Source of the DNA: Pirellulaceae bacterium
Lineage (GTDB): Bacteria; Planctomycetota; Planctomycetia; Pirellulales; Pirellulaceae
Direction: 5' to 3'
Length of the DNA: 36,390 nt
Assembly: GCA_046085865.1 (NCBI GenBank)
Contig: JBJSWM010000138.1
Span: 1-36,390 of the forward strand
Under the pieces are notes generated by a model. It was not told where the DNA came from. It saw only the letters and a program-made list of their open reading frames with translations, and did not search any database. Shown here in pieces: positions 36,215-36,390 of this stretch; the stretch's first letter is position 1, and each line of letters starts with the position of its first letter. Both the position numbers and the translations under genes were made by a program.

Positions 36215-36390
36215 CTAAGTTCCGAGCGCCGGTCCAGGCAAGCGCAATCGAATCGGCCCCTTGGCCGTCTCCACATCCACCAACTCCCCGCGCTGCGTCG
36301 CCTCCAATTCCCCGTCGATCACCATCTGAGCGACCACCGATCGGATCAACTCCATCTTCTCCCGCCAACGAGGAAAAAGCTCCCGAGCTG
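36215..36390 (-). CDS. C-terminal fragment of a DUF3253-like protein; the gene continues beyond the right edge
   Basis: The minus-strand frame starting at 36388 reads ARELFPRWREKMELIRSVVAQMVIDGELEATQRGELVDVETAKGPIRLRLPGPALGT, with its stop at 36215-36217. The W-R..M...G.L..TQ.G..VD....KGPIRL pattern matches my memory of DUF3253. Confidence 0.5.
   Translation of the reverse strand, partial: ARELFPRWREKMELIRSVVAQMVIDGELEATQRGELVDVETAKGPIRLRLPGPALGT

Noticed and set aside
36135-36368. N-terminal 78 codons of the 35562-36368 ORF (TTG start)
   Set aside because: The translation is Gly/Arg/Asp-rich. A different minus-strand frame over 36215-36388 reads as a DUF3253-like C-terminus. The HD-domain protein has a good AAGGAG-N9-GTG start at 36134.
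1-36390. The HIP1 octamer GCGATCGC (about 8 copies, for example near 3246, 5406, 18805, 19208, 20996, 21007, 21987 and 28419) as a specific iterated palindrome
   Set aside because: Given ~95 CGATCG cores, about 8 with G...C flanks are expected by chance. The enriched word is therefore the hexamer, not the HIP1 octamer.
1-36390. Mobile element, prophage or defence island
   Set aside because: No transposase, integrase, phage, restriction-modification, toxin-antitoxin or cas-like ORF was recognised. Composition looks uniform across the window.

Overview
This 36.4-kb chromosomal window is GC-rich (about 58-60%) and densely coding (about 90%). The gene content points to a Planctomycetota, Pirellulales-like genome. 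It has DUF1501, DUF1549/DUF1553 (PSCyt2/PSD1), PSCyt1-WD40 and DUF1559 (prepilin N-terminus plus H-X9-DG) genes, a formylglycine-type sulfatase, and a large secreted protein with a dockerin tail and an ESRRLL N-terminal motif. I support 25 protein-coding genes, one of them partial at the right edge. Housekeeping calls are a TlpA-like redoxin, a CYTH/CyaB-like protein, a rhomboid protease, a molybdopterin oxidoreductase, a Dcp-like M3 peptidase, icd, lpxK, aroH, a sigma-54-type response regulator, mutL and an HD-domain protein. I saw no rRNA, tRNA, CRISPR array, transposase or integrase. The points most worth a second look are: (1) a same-strand cluster of four exported planctomycete-specific proteins at 13.4-22.6 kb, none of which has a known function. 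(2) A sulfatase fused to an NHL beta-propeller, with a SixA-like phosphatase gene overlapping its stop codon. (3) A nested foldback and hairpin repeat cluster at 1-510. (4) Roughly 8-fold over-representation of the palindrome CGATCG, in coding and non-coding DNA alike. (5) Four tandem 15-bp repeats abutting the ribosome-binding site of an orphan enhancer-binding protein whose GAFTGA loop reads GAYTDA. (6) A DUF1559 / lipoprotein / PhoPQ-related (PqaA-like) gene trio. All family assignments come from motif recognition by eye on the supplied translations; no searches were run.
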